Assembly: GCA_946536225.1 (NCBI GenBank)
Contig: CAMNEE010000002.1
Span: 309,584 to 373,583, forward strand
Direction of reading: 5' to 3'
Length of the DNA: 64,000 nt
Origin: an uncultured Bacillales bacterium
GTDB lineage: Bacteria; Bacillota_I; Bacilli_A; RF39; UBA660
The translations under genes and the position numbers were made by a program. Positions 51,524 through 59,794 of the stretch are shown piece after piece. Under the pieces are notes generated by a model. It saw only the letters and a list, made by a program, of their open reading frames with translations, was not told the DNA's origin and did not search any database. Within the stretch, counting starts at the first letter, position 1; every line of letters starts with the position of its first letter.

Positions 51524-52185
51524 TGGCTAAAAATAAAAAAAGAAGAATAGCAGCTGATGATGATTTTCTAAATAGTTTTCGTTATCATTTAGAAAATACT
51601 CCTGGTTTTTCTTCATTAATAAAAGTAATTTTATTTATTCTTTTCTTTATAATACTTAGTTCTTGTTCAAGAATGACTATTGCTAAAGAACAAAAAGAAA
51701 AGCAAAATAGAACAACTACTACAACTGAGTATCAAATACAAAAAAGAAACTATAAGAACTTAGTTGATGAAATAAGTAAAAAAGAAGCAACTATTACTAT
51801 TACAATTGGAGAAACTCCATATCTAATAGAAAACTTAATTTATACCGATGATACTTTATCTGGTATGTTTGAGTCATCTAACGCAACTAAGAAGTTTAAA
51901 GTCAAAGATAATGTTATTTATGAATATGTCTTAGGACAAGATAAAGAGAATAATGATCTATTTGGTGAAGTAGAAAAGAATATAGTTATTCCTACTAGTT
52001 TAATTAATATACTTGAATCTAATAGAGCAATAAATCAAACTCTTGCTTCATCTGTCATTTATACATATGATAATATTCTTATAAATAACATAGCATATAC
52101 GGTTACAGTAAAAATAGAAGAAGATAAAATTACAAATGTATTATTAATAAGTGATAATACAAAATATGACATTAATTATAAATAA
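51523..52185 (+). CDS. Hypothetical N-terminally anchored protein
   Basis: The 220-aa ORF starts on the fmt stop (TAATG). It has one TM helix and no motif. Confidence 0.45.
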   Translation: MAKNKKRRIAADDDFLNSFRYHLENTPGFSSLIKVILFILFFIILSSCSRMTIAKEQKEKQNRTTTTTEYQIQKRNYKNLVDEISKKEATITITIGETPYLIENLIYTDDTLSGMFESSNATKKFKVKDNVIYEYVLGQDKENNDLFGEVEKNIVIPTSLINILESNRAINQTLASSVIYTYDNILINNIAYTVTVKIEEDKITNVLLISDNTKYDINYK

Positions 52186-52210
52186 AAAGAGCATTTAATG
52201 CTCTTTTATT
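52185..52210 (+). terminator. Intrinsic terminator
   Basis: aaaagagcat/tta/atgctctttt. Confidence 0.7.
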
Positions 52211-52271
52211 GGTAGTTAGCAATAAATACTTTACTTAAGAAAGTATTTTTGTTATACTACATTTAACATTT

Positions 52272-52305
52272 AAGTGGGCAGAAATTCCCACTTTTGTTTA
52301 TGTTT
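52272..52305 (+). promoter_or_regulatory. Terminator-like hairpin in the rimP-nusA leader (possible attenuator)
   Basis: aagtggg/cagaaatt/cccactt is followed by ttgtttatgttt. It lies between a TGtTATACT -10-like box and the rimP RBS. Confidence 0.4.
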
Positions 52306-52316
52306 GGAGGTATTTT

Positions 52317-52574
52317 ATGGATAATATTTTAACAAAAATAAGAGAACTTATCACTGAACCAATGAAAAAAATGGACATCTTTGTAGAAAGTGTTAAATGG
52401 GAAAAAGAGTACAATCAAAATTATCTAAAGATTGAATTAGATAAAGTAAATGGAATTGACTTAGATACTATTGTAGCTGCTACAGATGTTATTAATCCAA
52501 TTCTTGATGAAGCTAATCTTATTAAAGACGAATACACCTTAGAAATTACAAATGTTGAAAGAGGAGAAGAATAA
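52317..52574 (+). CDS. rimP: Ribosome maturation factor RimP, N-terminal domain only (85 aa)
   Basis: Its position is immediately upstream of nusA. The pattern IFVESVKWEKEYNQNYLKIELDKVNGIDLDTIVAATDVINPILDE....EYTLEI matches the RimP N-domain. It ends where the SSPG motif and the Sm-like C-domain would begin. Confidence 0.6.
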   Translation: MDNILTKIRELITEPMKKMDIFVESVKWEKEYNQNYLKIELDKVNGIDLDTIVAATDVINPILDEANLIKDEYTLEITNVERGEE

Positions 52575-52575
52575 A

Positions 52576-53715
52576 ATGAACGGTAAGGAATTTATTAAAG
52601 CCCTTAAAGGAATTATTGAAGAAAAGGGAATAAGTGAAGATGTAGTATATGACGCTATGGAACAAGGTTTAATAAGCGCATATAAGAAAAACTATGAATC
52701 AAAATCAAACGTAAGAGTTGAAATTGATAAGAAGTCTGGAGAATTTAAAGTTTATAGATACTATGTTGTAGTAGAAGACTATGATGATGGTAAAGAAGCA
52801 GTAGATGAAAATGGAAATACTTTATACGATGAAAAAGGAAACATCGTATATGAAGAACCAGAAATCAATAGCGACGCTCAAATTCTTTTAGAAGATGCTA
52901 AAGAAAAATGGCCAGACGCTAAAGTTGGAGAAGAATATGTTGAAGAAGTAACACCACATGACTTTGGTAGAGTTGCAGCATCAACTTGTAAACAAGTAGT
53001 AACTCAAAAAATAAGAGAAGCTGAAAGAACTGCAATCATTGATGAATTCTTAGATAAACAATATGAATTATTAATGGGTACTTTAGCAATGGAAGATGCT
53101 AAAAATTATTATGTAGACTTAGGAAGAACAAGAGGTATCTTACCTAAATCAGAAATGATTCCTGGTGAAAAAGTTAAAATGGGTGCACAAATAAGAGTAT
53201 ATGTTTCTAAAGTAGAAGCAGGAACAAAAGGACCTCTTATTCTATTAACTCGTAAACACTATGGATTTGTTAAGAGATTATTTGAATCAACAATTCCAGA
53301 ATTAAAAGATGGTACTATTGAACTTCATTCAGTAGTAAGAGAACCTGGTGTTAGAAGTAAAGTTGCAGTATTCTCAAATGATCCACAAGTAGATGCAGTT
53401 GGTGCATGTATTGGTGAAAGAGGAGTAAGAATTGCTACTATTCTTCAAGAATTAAATGGTGAAAAAGTTGATTTAGTTAAATATTCAGAAGATCCAGCTG
53501 AATTTATTAAGAATGCGCTTTCACCTGCTAAGAATGTTATCGTAAATATTCTTGCTAATGATAAAGAAAACATTGCACTTGCAATTGTTCCTGATGATGA
53601 ATTATCACTAGCAATTGGTAAAAAAGGTATTAATATTAAACTAGCTTCAAGATTAACTAAGTTTAGAATTGAAGTTAAATCTATGACTCAAGTTCAAGAA
53701 GAAGGAAATAGATAA
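52576..53715 (+). CDS. nusA: Transcription termination/antitermination factor NusA
   Basis: It has the N-terminal RNAP-binding domain, S1 and two KH domains (GACIGERGVRI, LAIGKKGINIKLASRLT). ATG 52576 follows gaggag. Confidence 0.9.
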   Translation: MNGKEFIKALKGIIEEKGISEDVVYDAMEQGLISAYKKNYESKSNVRVEIDKKSGEFKVYRYYVVVEDYDDGKEAVDENGNTLYDEKGNIVYEEPEINSDAQILLEDAKEKWPDAKVGEEYVEEVTPHDFGRVAASTCKQVVTQKIREAERTAIIDEFLDKQYELLMGTLAMEDAKNYYVDLGRTRGILPKSEMIPGEKVKMGAQIRVYVSKVEAGTKGPLILLTRKHYGFVKRLFESTIPELKDGTIELHSVVREPGVRSKVAVFSNDPQVDAVGACIGERGVRIATILQELNGEKVDLVKYSEDPAEFIKNALSPAKNVIVNILANDKENIALAIVPDDELSLAIGKKGINIKLASRLTKFRIEVKSMTQVQEEGNR

Positions 53716-53969
53716 TGAAAAAAATACCTATGCGTACATGTGTAGTAACACGTGAAAAATTACCTAAAGTAGAACTAATACGTGTAGTAAAAACTGATAA
53801 TGGTGTTATTGTTGATTTAACTGGTAAAGTAAATGGACATGGATGCTATTTAAAGAAAGATGCTGAAGTTTTTAAAACAGCTAAAGAAAAGAAAATATTA
53901 AATAAAGTTTTAGAAACTGAAGTAAATGATGAAGTATTCGAAGAGTTAAATAGATTAATTAATAATTAG
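53715..53969 (+). CDS. ylxR: YlxR/RnpM-family (DUF448) RNA-binding protein
   Basis: It has MRTCVVTREKLPKVELIRVV and GHGCYL, and sits between nusA and infB. Confidence 0.8.
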   Translation: MKKIPMRTCVVTREKLPKVELIRVVKTDNGVIVDLTGKVNGHGCYLKKDAEVFKTAKEKKILNKVLETEVNDEVFEELNRLINN

Positions 53970-54035
53970 TATTTATTACAACACTGATTTATCAAATAAA
54001 ATATCCAAACAAAATATAGAAAGAAGGTATATTAT

Positions 54036-56156
54036 ATGACAGTTCAAGAGTATGCTGAAAGTATGAATTATACTGTTCAAGACGTATTAAATAAATGTAA
54101 GGAATTAGGTGTTAATGTATCAAATAAAGATGATTATATCGATGATGATACAATTGTAATGCTTGATAATACAATGTTTTCAGTAGAAGATGAAGATACA
54201 CTTAACATTGAAACAGAAGATGAAGAAGAAATCGTTGATAAAATGATGAATGATAATAGAGTTTCAACAATTTCTAAAAATGTTACAACTACTAAAGAGA
54301 AGTTTAATAAAAATAAAAATAAACAAGAAAACATAGCTAAAGATTTCTTAAAGAAGAAAAAAGCAATGTATAAGAATAAAGAAAAACTTCAAAGTAATTC
54401 TGTTGAAAGTGATTCATCTGTAGTTCTTTATGAAGAAGGAATGACTGTTCAATCACTTGCTGATGCTCTAGGTGTTCCAGGAATTGATTTAATTAAAACA
54501 CTTATGGGCCTTGGAATGATGATTTCACTTCCTCAAGGAATTGATTTTGAAACAGCTGAAATAGTTGTAAGTGAATATGGAAAACAACTAAAACGTGCTG
54601 AAACTCAAGATGTTACTAATTTCGAACAATATGAAATTATAGATAAAGAAGAAGATCTTGAATCACGTCCTCCAGTTATTACTATCATGGGTCATGTTGA
54701 CCATGGTAAAACTACATTACTTGATTATATTAGAAACTCTAATGTAGCAGCTGGAGAAGCAGGTGGTATCACTCAAAGTATTGGTGCATATCAAACTGAA
54801 TACAATGGACAAAAAATTACATTTATCGATACTCCAGGACATGCTGCATTTACTGAAATGCGTGCACGTGGAGCACAAGTTACTGATATTGTAATTATTA
54901 TTGTAAGTGCTGAAGATGGTGTAATGCCTCAAACTAAAGAAGCAATTGACCATGCTAAAGCAAGTAATGTTCCTATTGTAGTAGCTGTTAACAAAATGGA
55001 TAGTCCAAAAGCAAACCCTGATAAAGTTATGCAAGAAATGGCTGCAGAAGGAATTAACCCAGAAGAATGGGGTGGAGATGTTCCATTTGTTAGAATTTCA
55101 GCAAAAACAGGAGATGGTGTTCCAGCATTAATTGAAACACTTCTTGCTATTGCTGAAGTTAAAGAATTAAAAGCAAATCCAAATCGTTATGCAACTGGTA
55201 CAGTAATTGAATCAAGAATTGATAACAAAATGGGTGGTGTTGCATCACTATTAATTCAAAATGGTACATTAAGAATAGGTGACCCAATAGTTGTTGGTTT
55301 AACTAATGGTCGTATTCGTACTATGAAAAATGATCAAGGAAAAGATATCGTTTCAGCAGGTCCATCTACTCCAGTAGAAATAACTGGTTTAAATGGTAAC
55401 CCTGAAGCTGGTGATAAATTCATGGCTTTTGAAACTGAAAAACAAGCAAGAGAAGTTGCTGAAAAGAGAGTGGAAGATTCTAAAGCAAGAGTGTCTGCTC
55501 CTAAGTCACTTTCACTTGATGATTTATTTGCATCTATTCAATCTGGTATTAAAGAAATTAATGTTGTATTAAAATGTGATGTTAAAGGTTCTGAAGAAGC
55601 AGTTAAGAATTCACTAGAAAAAATAGATGTTGAAGGTGTAAGAGTTAAAGTTATAAGATCTGGAATAGGAACTGTAACTGAAAGTGATATTTCACTTGCT
55701 CAAGCATCAAATGCAATTATAATTGGTTTTAATGTAATTCCATCAAACTCTATTAAAGATAGTGCTAAGAATGTTGGAGTTGAATTAAGAACTTATACAA
55801 TTATTTATAAATTAGTAGAAGAAATGGAACAAGCTATGAAAGGTATGTTAGATCCTGAATACGAAGAAAAAGTAACAGGTAATGCAGAAGTTCGTAAAAT
55901 GTTCAAATTCTCTAAGATTGGTAACATTGCAGGTGTAATGGTTACTGATGGTATTATTAAATCTAACTCACAAGTAAGAGTTATTAGAGATGGAATAGTT
56001 ATTTATGATGGCAAAGTTGGATCTTTACAAAGAGGAAAAGACAATGCTCATGAAGTTAAATCTGGATTTGAATGTGGTATGACTATTGAAGGTTATAATG
56101 ACATCAAAGAAGGAGACGTATTCCAAACTTATGAAATGGTTGAGGTTAAGAAATAA
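54036..56156 (+). CDS. infB: Translation initiation factor IF-2
   Basis: The GTPase motifs are [19 protein letters not shown] and NKMD. The domain order is full length at 706 aa. Confidence 0.95.
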   Translation: MTVQEYAESMNYTVQDVLNKCKELGVNVSNKDDYIDDDTIVMLDNTMFSVEDEDTLNIETEDEEEIVDKMMNDNRVSTISKNVTTTKEKFNKNKNKQENIAKDFLKKKKAMYKNKEKLQSNSVESDSSVVLYEEGMTVQSLADALGVPGIDLIKTLMGLGMMISLPQGIDFETAEIVVSEYGKQLKRAETQDVTNFEQYEIIDKEEDLESRPPVITIMGHVDHGKTTLLDYIRNSNVAAGEAGGITQSIGAYQTEYNGQKITFIDTPGHAAFTEMRARGAQVTDIVIIIVSAEDGVMPQTKEAIDHAKASNVPIVVAVNKMDSPKANPDKVMQEMAAEGINPEEWGGDVPFVRISAKTGDGVPALIETLLAIAEVKELKANPNRYATGTVIESRIDNKMGGVASLLIQNGTLRIGDPIVVGLTNGRIRTMKNDQGKDIVSAGPSTPVEITGLNGNPEAGDKFMAFETEKQAREVAEKRVEDSKARVSAPKSLSLDDLFASIQSGIKEINVVLKCDVKGSEEAVKNSLEKIDVEGVRVKVIRSGIGTVTESDISLAQASNAIIIGFNVIPSNSIKDSAKNVGVELRTYTIIYKLVEEMEQAMKGMLDPEYEEKVTGNAEVRKMFKFSKIGNIAGVMVTDGIIKSNSQVRVIRDGIVIYDGKVGSLQRGKDNAHEVKSGFECGMTIEGYNDIKEGDVFQTYEMVEVKK

Positions 56157-56533
56157 TGAATAATATTAAGCAAGGACGCATCTCTTCGCAAGTAATGAGA
56201 GAATTATCAAATATATTATTATTAGAAGCAAAAGATGAAACACTTAAACATGTTACTGTAACTGGATGTGAAGTAACTAATGATTTAAGCTGGGCAAGAG
56301 TTTACTACACTTACATGGGTGAAGAAACTCCTGAGGCTGTTGCAGAGAATTTAAAAGAAGCTGCTCCTTATTTAAGAAGCGTATTAGCTGATAGATTAGG
56401 AGATACTCTAAGACATATTCCAGAACTTAGATTCATTGTAGATGAATCAATTGAATATGGTCAAAAAATTGAAAAATTAATTCAAGAAATTCATGAAGAA
56501 GATAAAAACAATGATAATAATGAGAATGAGTAA
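56156..56533 (+). CDS. rbfA: Ribosome-binding factor A
   Basis: It has RISSQVMRELSNILL....VTVTGCEVTNDLSWARVYY and IPELRF. An acidic tail is present. Confidence 0.9.
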   Translation: MNNIKQGRISSQVMRELSNILLLEAKDETLKHVTVTGCEVTNDLSWARVYYTYMGEETPEAVAENLKEAAPYLRSVLADRLGDTLRHIPELRFIVDESIEYGQKIEKLIQEIHEEDKNNDNNENE

Positions 56534-56556
56534 TTAACACTCATTCTTTTATTTTT
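56523..56556 (+). terminator. Terminator after rbfA
   Basis: agaatgagt/aattaac/actcattct is followed by tttattttt. The 5' arm is the end of the rbfA coding sequence. Confidence 0.7.
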
Positions 56557-56592
56557 AATATAATAATGATAATATTAAATTAGGTGAGTTTA

Positions 56593-57912
56593 ATGAATAA
56601 AAAAAATAAAGGTTTTACTTTAGTAGAATTACTTGCAGTAATTGTAATACTAGCAATAATAATGATAATAGCAGTACCTGCTGTTCTAAGCGTACTAAAT
56701 ACTGCAAAGAAAAAAACATTCTCAGATTTTGGATTGAAAATAGTTAACGAAGCAACCAAAAAGTATTTAGCAGACGATTTACTAGGAAATGTTAATAATG
56801 CTTGCATAATATATGATATAAAAAATGATTTAGATTTATCAAATACAGGTGATTATGAAGGATTTATTTTATTAAAAAAAATTGGTGATGGCAAGATAGA
56901 ACACTATATAACATTTTGGGATAAAGATTATTTAATATCTGCTGTAAAAGTTGATAATGATTTTGGAGTAGATGATTTAATAGATTATACAGACGAAGAT
57001 GAAGTTTTAACAAAAGGAAATCTTGCTTATAAAGCTGGATGTAAAAGTTTTACTCAAACTAATAATGAAACAAAACAAAAAGAAACTATAATAACAGCAG
57101 ATATTTATACACCAACATATTCTGCTGATGAATATAATTTTAATGATAGTACAAATTATGTAGTAGGTAGTGTATCAAAAACAACTGGTGAAACTAATAC
57201 TAATACAGGTTATGCCTATACAAAAGATCTAGTTAAAACTAATACTAATAATTATTTACTAGAAAAACTTACTCAAACATCACAAACTGATTATGGAGTA
57301 ACAATTTTTCAATATGATAAAGATAAAAAATATATAGGATACTTAGATTATACTAATGGAACTAAAGGACAAATAAGTGTAACACTTGATAATAATACAA
57401 AATTTATAAGAGTTCAAATGGCTTATAGATGGCAAAATGGGCAAACTGCAATAAAATATATGTCTGAAAGAAGAATAGAGATTCAACTACATTCTATAAA
57501 ATATATGTCTTCAGAAAAATTTAACTCTGCAAAAAATATAACAGAATATGATTTTACTGATTCAAGTAAGCTTTTAGGTGGATGTTATTGTTCTTATGGT
57601 TATTGTCATAATAGTTCACATGCAATATATGATGATGCATTGAAAGTTGAACCTGGTTCGAAATATAAAGCAAAAGTAAATAAAAATCCTGGTGGTTATA
57701 CTATGTACTTAGTTCAACTAGATATAAATCATAATTTTATTCAAATTACTCCAAGTTCACTTCTTACAAGTGCTGGAGTTGAATATGAATTAACTGATAA
57801 AACAGAATATGTAATACCAGTTATATTTAATTCTTGGTATTCAAGTACTACAACATTCGATTTAATCTTAACTAAAATTCCAGGTGCAAGATTAAGATTT
57901 GAAAAAATGTAG
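56593..57912 (+). CDS. Prepilin-type (class III signal peptide) protein with large C-terminal two-module extension
   Basis: MNKKNKG/FTLVELLAVIVILAIIMIIAVPA gives Gly at -1, Phe at +1 and Glu at +5, followed by a hydrophobic helix. A pilin-like head (to about residue 170) is followed by two related ~130-aa beta-rich modules. Confidence 0.75.
   Translation: MNKKNKGFTLVELLAVIVILAIIMIIAVPAVLSVLNTAKKKTFSDFGLKIVNEATKKYLADDLLGNVNNACIIYDIKNDLDLSNTGDYEGFILLKKIGDGKIEHYITFWDKDYLISAVKVDNDFGVDDLIDYTDEDEVLTKGNLAYKAGCKSFTQTNNETKQKETIITADIYTPTYSADEYNFNDSTNYVVGSVSKTTGETNTNTGYAYTKDLVKTNTNNYLLEKLTQTSQTDYGVTIFQYDKDKKYIGYLDYTNGTKGQISVTLDNNTKFIRVQMAYRWQNGQTAIKYMSERRIEIQLHSIKYMSSEKFNSAKNITEYDFTDSSKLLGGCYCSYGYCHNSSHAIYDDALKVEPGSKYKAKVNKNPGGYTMYLVQLDINHNFIQITPSSLLTSAGVEYELTDKTEYVIPVIFNSWYSSTTTFDLILTKIPGARLRFEKM
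57451..57510 (+). repeat. Perfect 15-nt direct repeat, 45 nt apart (in frame)
   Basis: ataaaatatatgtct occurs at 57451-57465 and 57496-57510. It encodes IKYMS twice, at the junction of the two C-terminal modules. Confidence 0.85.
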
Positions 57913-57925
57913 TTAAAATAAAAAA

Positions 57926-57955
57926 GAATGAGTATTAATTACTCATTCCTTTTTA
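57926..57955 (+). terminator. Terminator after the prepilin-like gene
   Basis: gaatgagta/ttaat/tactcattc is followed by cttttt. The arms are nearly identical to those of the rbfA terminator. Confidence 0.75.
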
Positions 57956-58043
57956 TGTATAATTTTTATCAAATATAATAATTTTTTATAAAAAAGTATT
58001 TTATTACATGTTATATTTAATATAGGAAGACTTGGGTGATAGT

Positions 58044-58886
58044 ATGTTACATGATATTAATAGATACAGCGAGGAACTAAGAACTTTTATTCTAAAAGCG
58101 TATAACCTCGGTAACTCTATTGATACCATAGCAAACATAACTGGACTTAAGAAAAATATTGTATTAACACTTTTAGATAAAGAAGGAATAAAATTTTCTA
58201 ATAGTGAACTCCCTTCATTTACTACAACCGGTGAAAAAGTATTAGTAATTGCTGATACTCACATAGGATCAATGTTTGAAAACTTGGGTTATATAGATAC
58301 AGCATATGAATTTGGGATAAAAGATGGTGTATCAAGTTGTATACATCTTGGTGATTTAGTTCAAGGCATGTATGATAAAACTGCATATGGACTTGATATG
58401 CAAATGAAAATGATTGATGAAAAATATCCAGAAGTAAATGAATTCAATACTTATCTTTTGATGGGTAATCATGACTATGGTGTTTTCAATGATAGCTTTG
58501 AGTATCAACAAGTAATAAAAAATAAAAAAGGATTAGTAGACTTAGGATATAAAAAAGTATACTTTGATTGGAATGGACAAATATTATCCATGGAACATAA
58601 AATAAAACAAACAAATATTTATATCCCTGAGTATGATAATCTTCTTACCCTTGTAGGACATGGTCATGAACTAAAACAAAAATCTAATATGAGAGTAAAG
58701 ACTCCAACATTAAGTGATGACATCATGAATCATTCAGTAGGTCAAGAACCAGGTTTTATTGTTTTAAAAATGGATGATAGATACGTATATGTTGATGCAT
58801 ATAGATTTGATGAAAAGGGTAAAGTAAAAGTTAAAAAGAAAAACTTTTATAAAAGAAAAATGGAAGAAAGATATGAATCGAAGTGA
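58044..58886 (+). CDS. HTH + calcineurin-like metallophosphoesterase (paralogue of 42009-43757 without the coiled coil)
   Basis: The N-terminal HTH-like segment is SIDTIANITGLKKNIVLTLL. The MPE motifs are IADTHIG, HLGDLVQG, LMGNHDYG and VGHGHE. The stop overlaps the truB ORF. Confidence 0.7.
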   Translation: MLHDINRYSEELRTFILKAYNLGNSIDTIANITGLKKNIVLTLLDKEGIKFSNSELPSFTTTGEKVLVIADTHIGSMFENLGYIDTAYEFGIKDGVSSCIHLGDLVQGMYDKTAYGLDMQMKMIDEKYPEVNEFNTYLLMGNHDYGVFNDSFEYQQVIKNKKGLVDLGYKKVYFDWNGQILSMEHKIKQTNIYIPEYDNLLTLVGHGHELKQKSNMRVKTPTLSDDIMNHSVGQEPGFIVLKMDDRYVYVDAYRFDEKGKVKVKKKNFYKRKMEERYESK

Positions 58887-58891
58887 AGAAT

Positions 58892-59737
58892 ATGAATGGT
58901 ATACTTGTAGTTAATAAAGATAAGAACTGTACATCAAGAGATGTAGTAAATGATTTAGTTCATATCTTTCATACTAAAAAAATAGGCCACACAGGTACTC
59001 TTGATCCAATTGCAACAGGAGTGTTAGTCTGTACAATTGGTAAATATACTAAACTTAATTTAGACTTAACAAGTGAATATAAAGAGTATATTGCTGAAAT
59101 GAAACTGGGAGTAAAAACAGATACAATAGATACTGAAGGAGAAGTACTTTTAGAAGAAAAAGTTGAACTATCAAATGAGGAGATTACTAATGCAATTAAT
59201 TCATTTAAAAAGACTTATATGCAAGAAGTACCTGTTTTTTCAGCAGTTAAAGTAAATGGGAAAAAATTATATGAATATGCAAGGGAAAAACTAGAAGTAG
59301 AACTACCTAAAAAGGAAGTAACTATAAAAGATATAGAAGTATTATCTATAAATGATACAATAGTTAAGTTTAGGTGTTTAGTATCAAAAGGAACCTATAT
59401 TAGAAGCCTAATAAGAGATATTGCATCTTCCTTAAATACCTATGCTATCATGACTTCTCTTAATAGAACTAAACAAGGTAAGTTTGATATTTCATCATCT
59501 TTTACAATAGAAGATATAAGAAATAATAATTATAAGTTATTAGATTTAAGTGATGTACTTGATTTAGATATAGTTAACATGTCAGATAAGATTAATAAAT
59601 TAGTTGATAATGGTGTATCTATTACTTATACATCTAATAAACCATATATATTATTTAAATATAATAATGAAGATATAGCTCTTTATAAGTTACTTGATGA
59701 TAATAAATATCATATGTATATAAAAATAAAGGATTAA
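58892..59737 (+). CDS. truB: tRNA pseudouridine-55 synthase
   Basis: It has MNGILVVNKDKNCTSRDVV and the catalytic GHTGTLDPIATGVL. Confidence 0.9.
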   Translation: MNGILVVNKDKNCTSRDVVNDLVHIFHTKKIGHTGTLDPIATGVLVCTIGKYTKLNLDLTSEYKEYIAEMKLGVKTDTIDTEGEVLLEEKVELSNEEITNAINSFKKTYMQEVPVFSAVKVNGKKLYEYAREKLEVELPKKEVTIKDIEVLSINDTIVKFRCLVSKGTYIRSLIRDIASSLNTYAIMTSLNRTKQGKFDISSSFTIEDIRNNNYKLLDLSDVLDLDIVNMSDKINKLVDNGVSITYTSNKPYILFKYNNEDIALYKLLDDNKYHMYIKIKD

Positions 59738-59794
59738 GAACAATCTTAATCTTTTTTCTTTTTATATAAGTGTTATAATGAAGTTGGTGATAGT

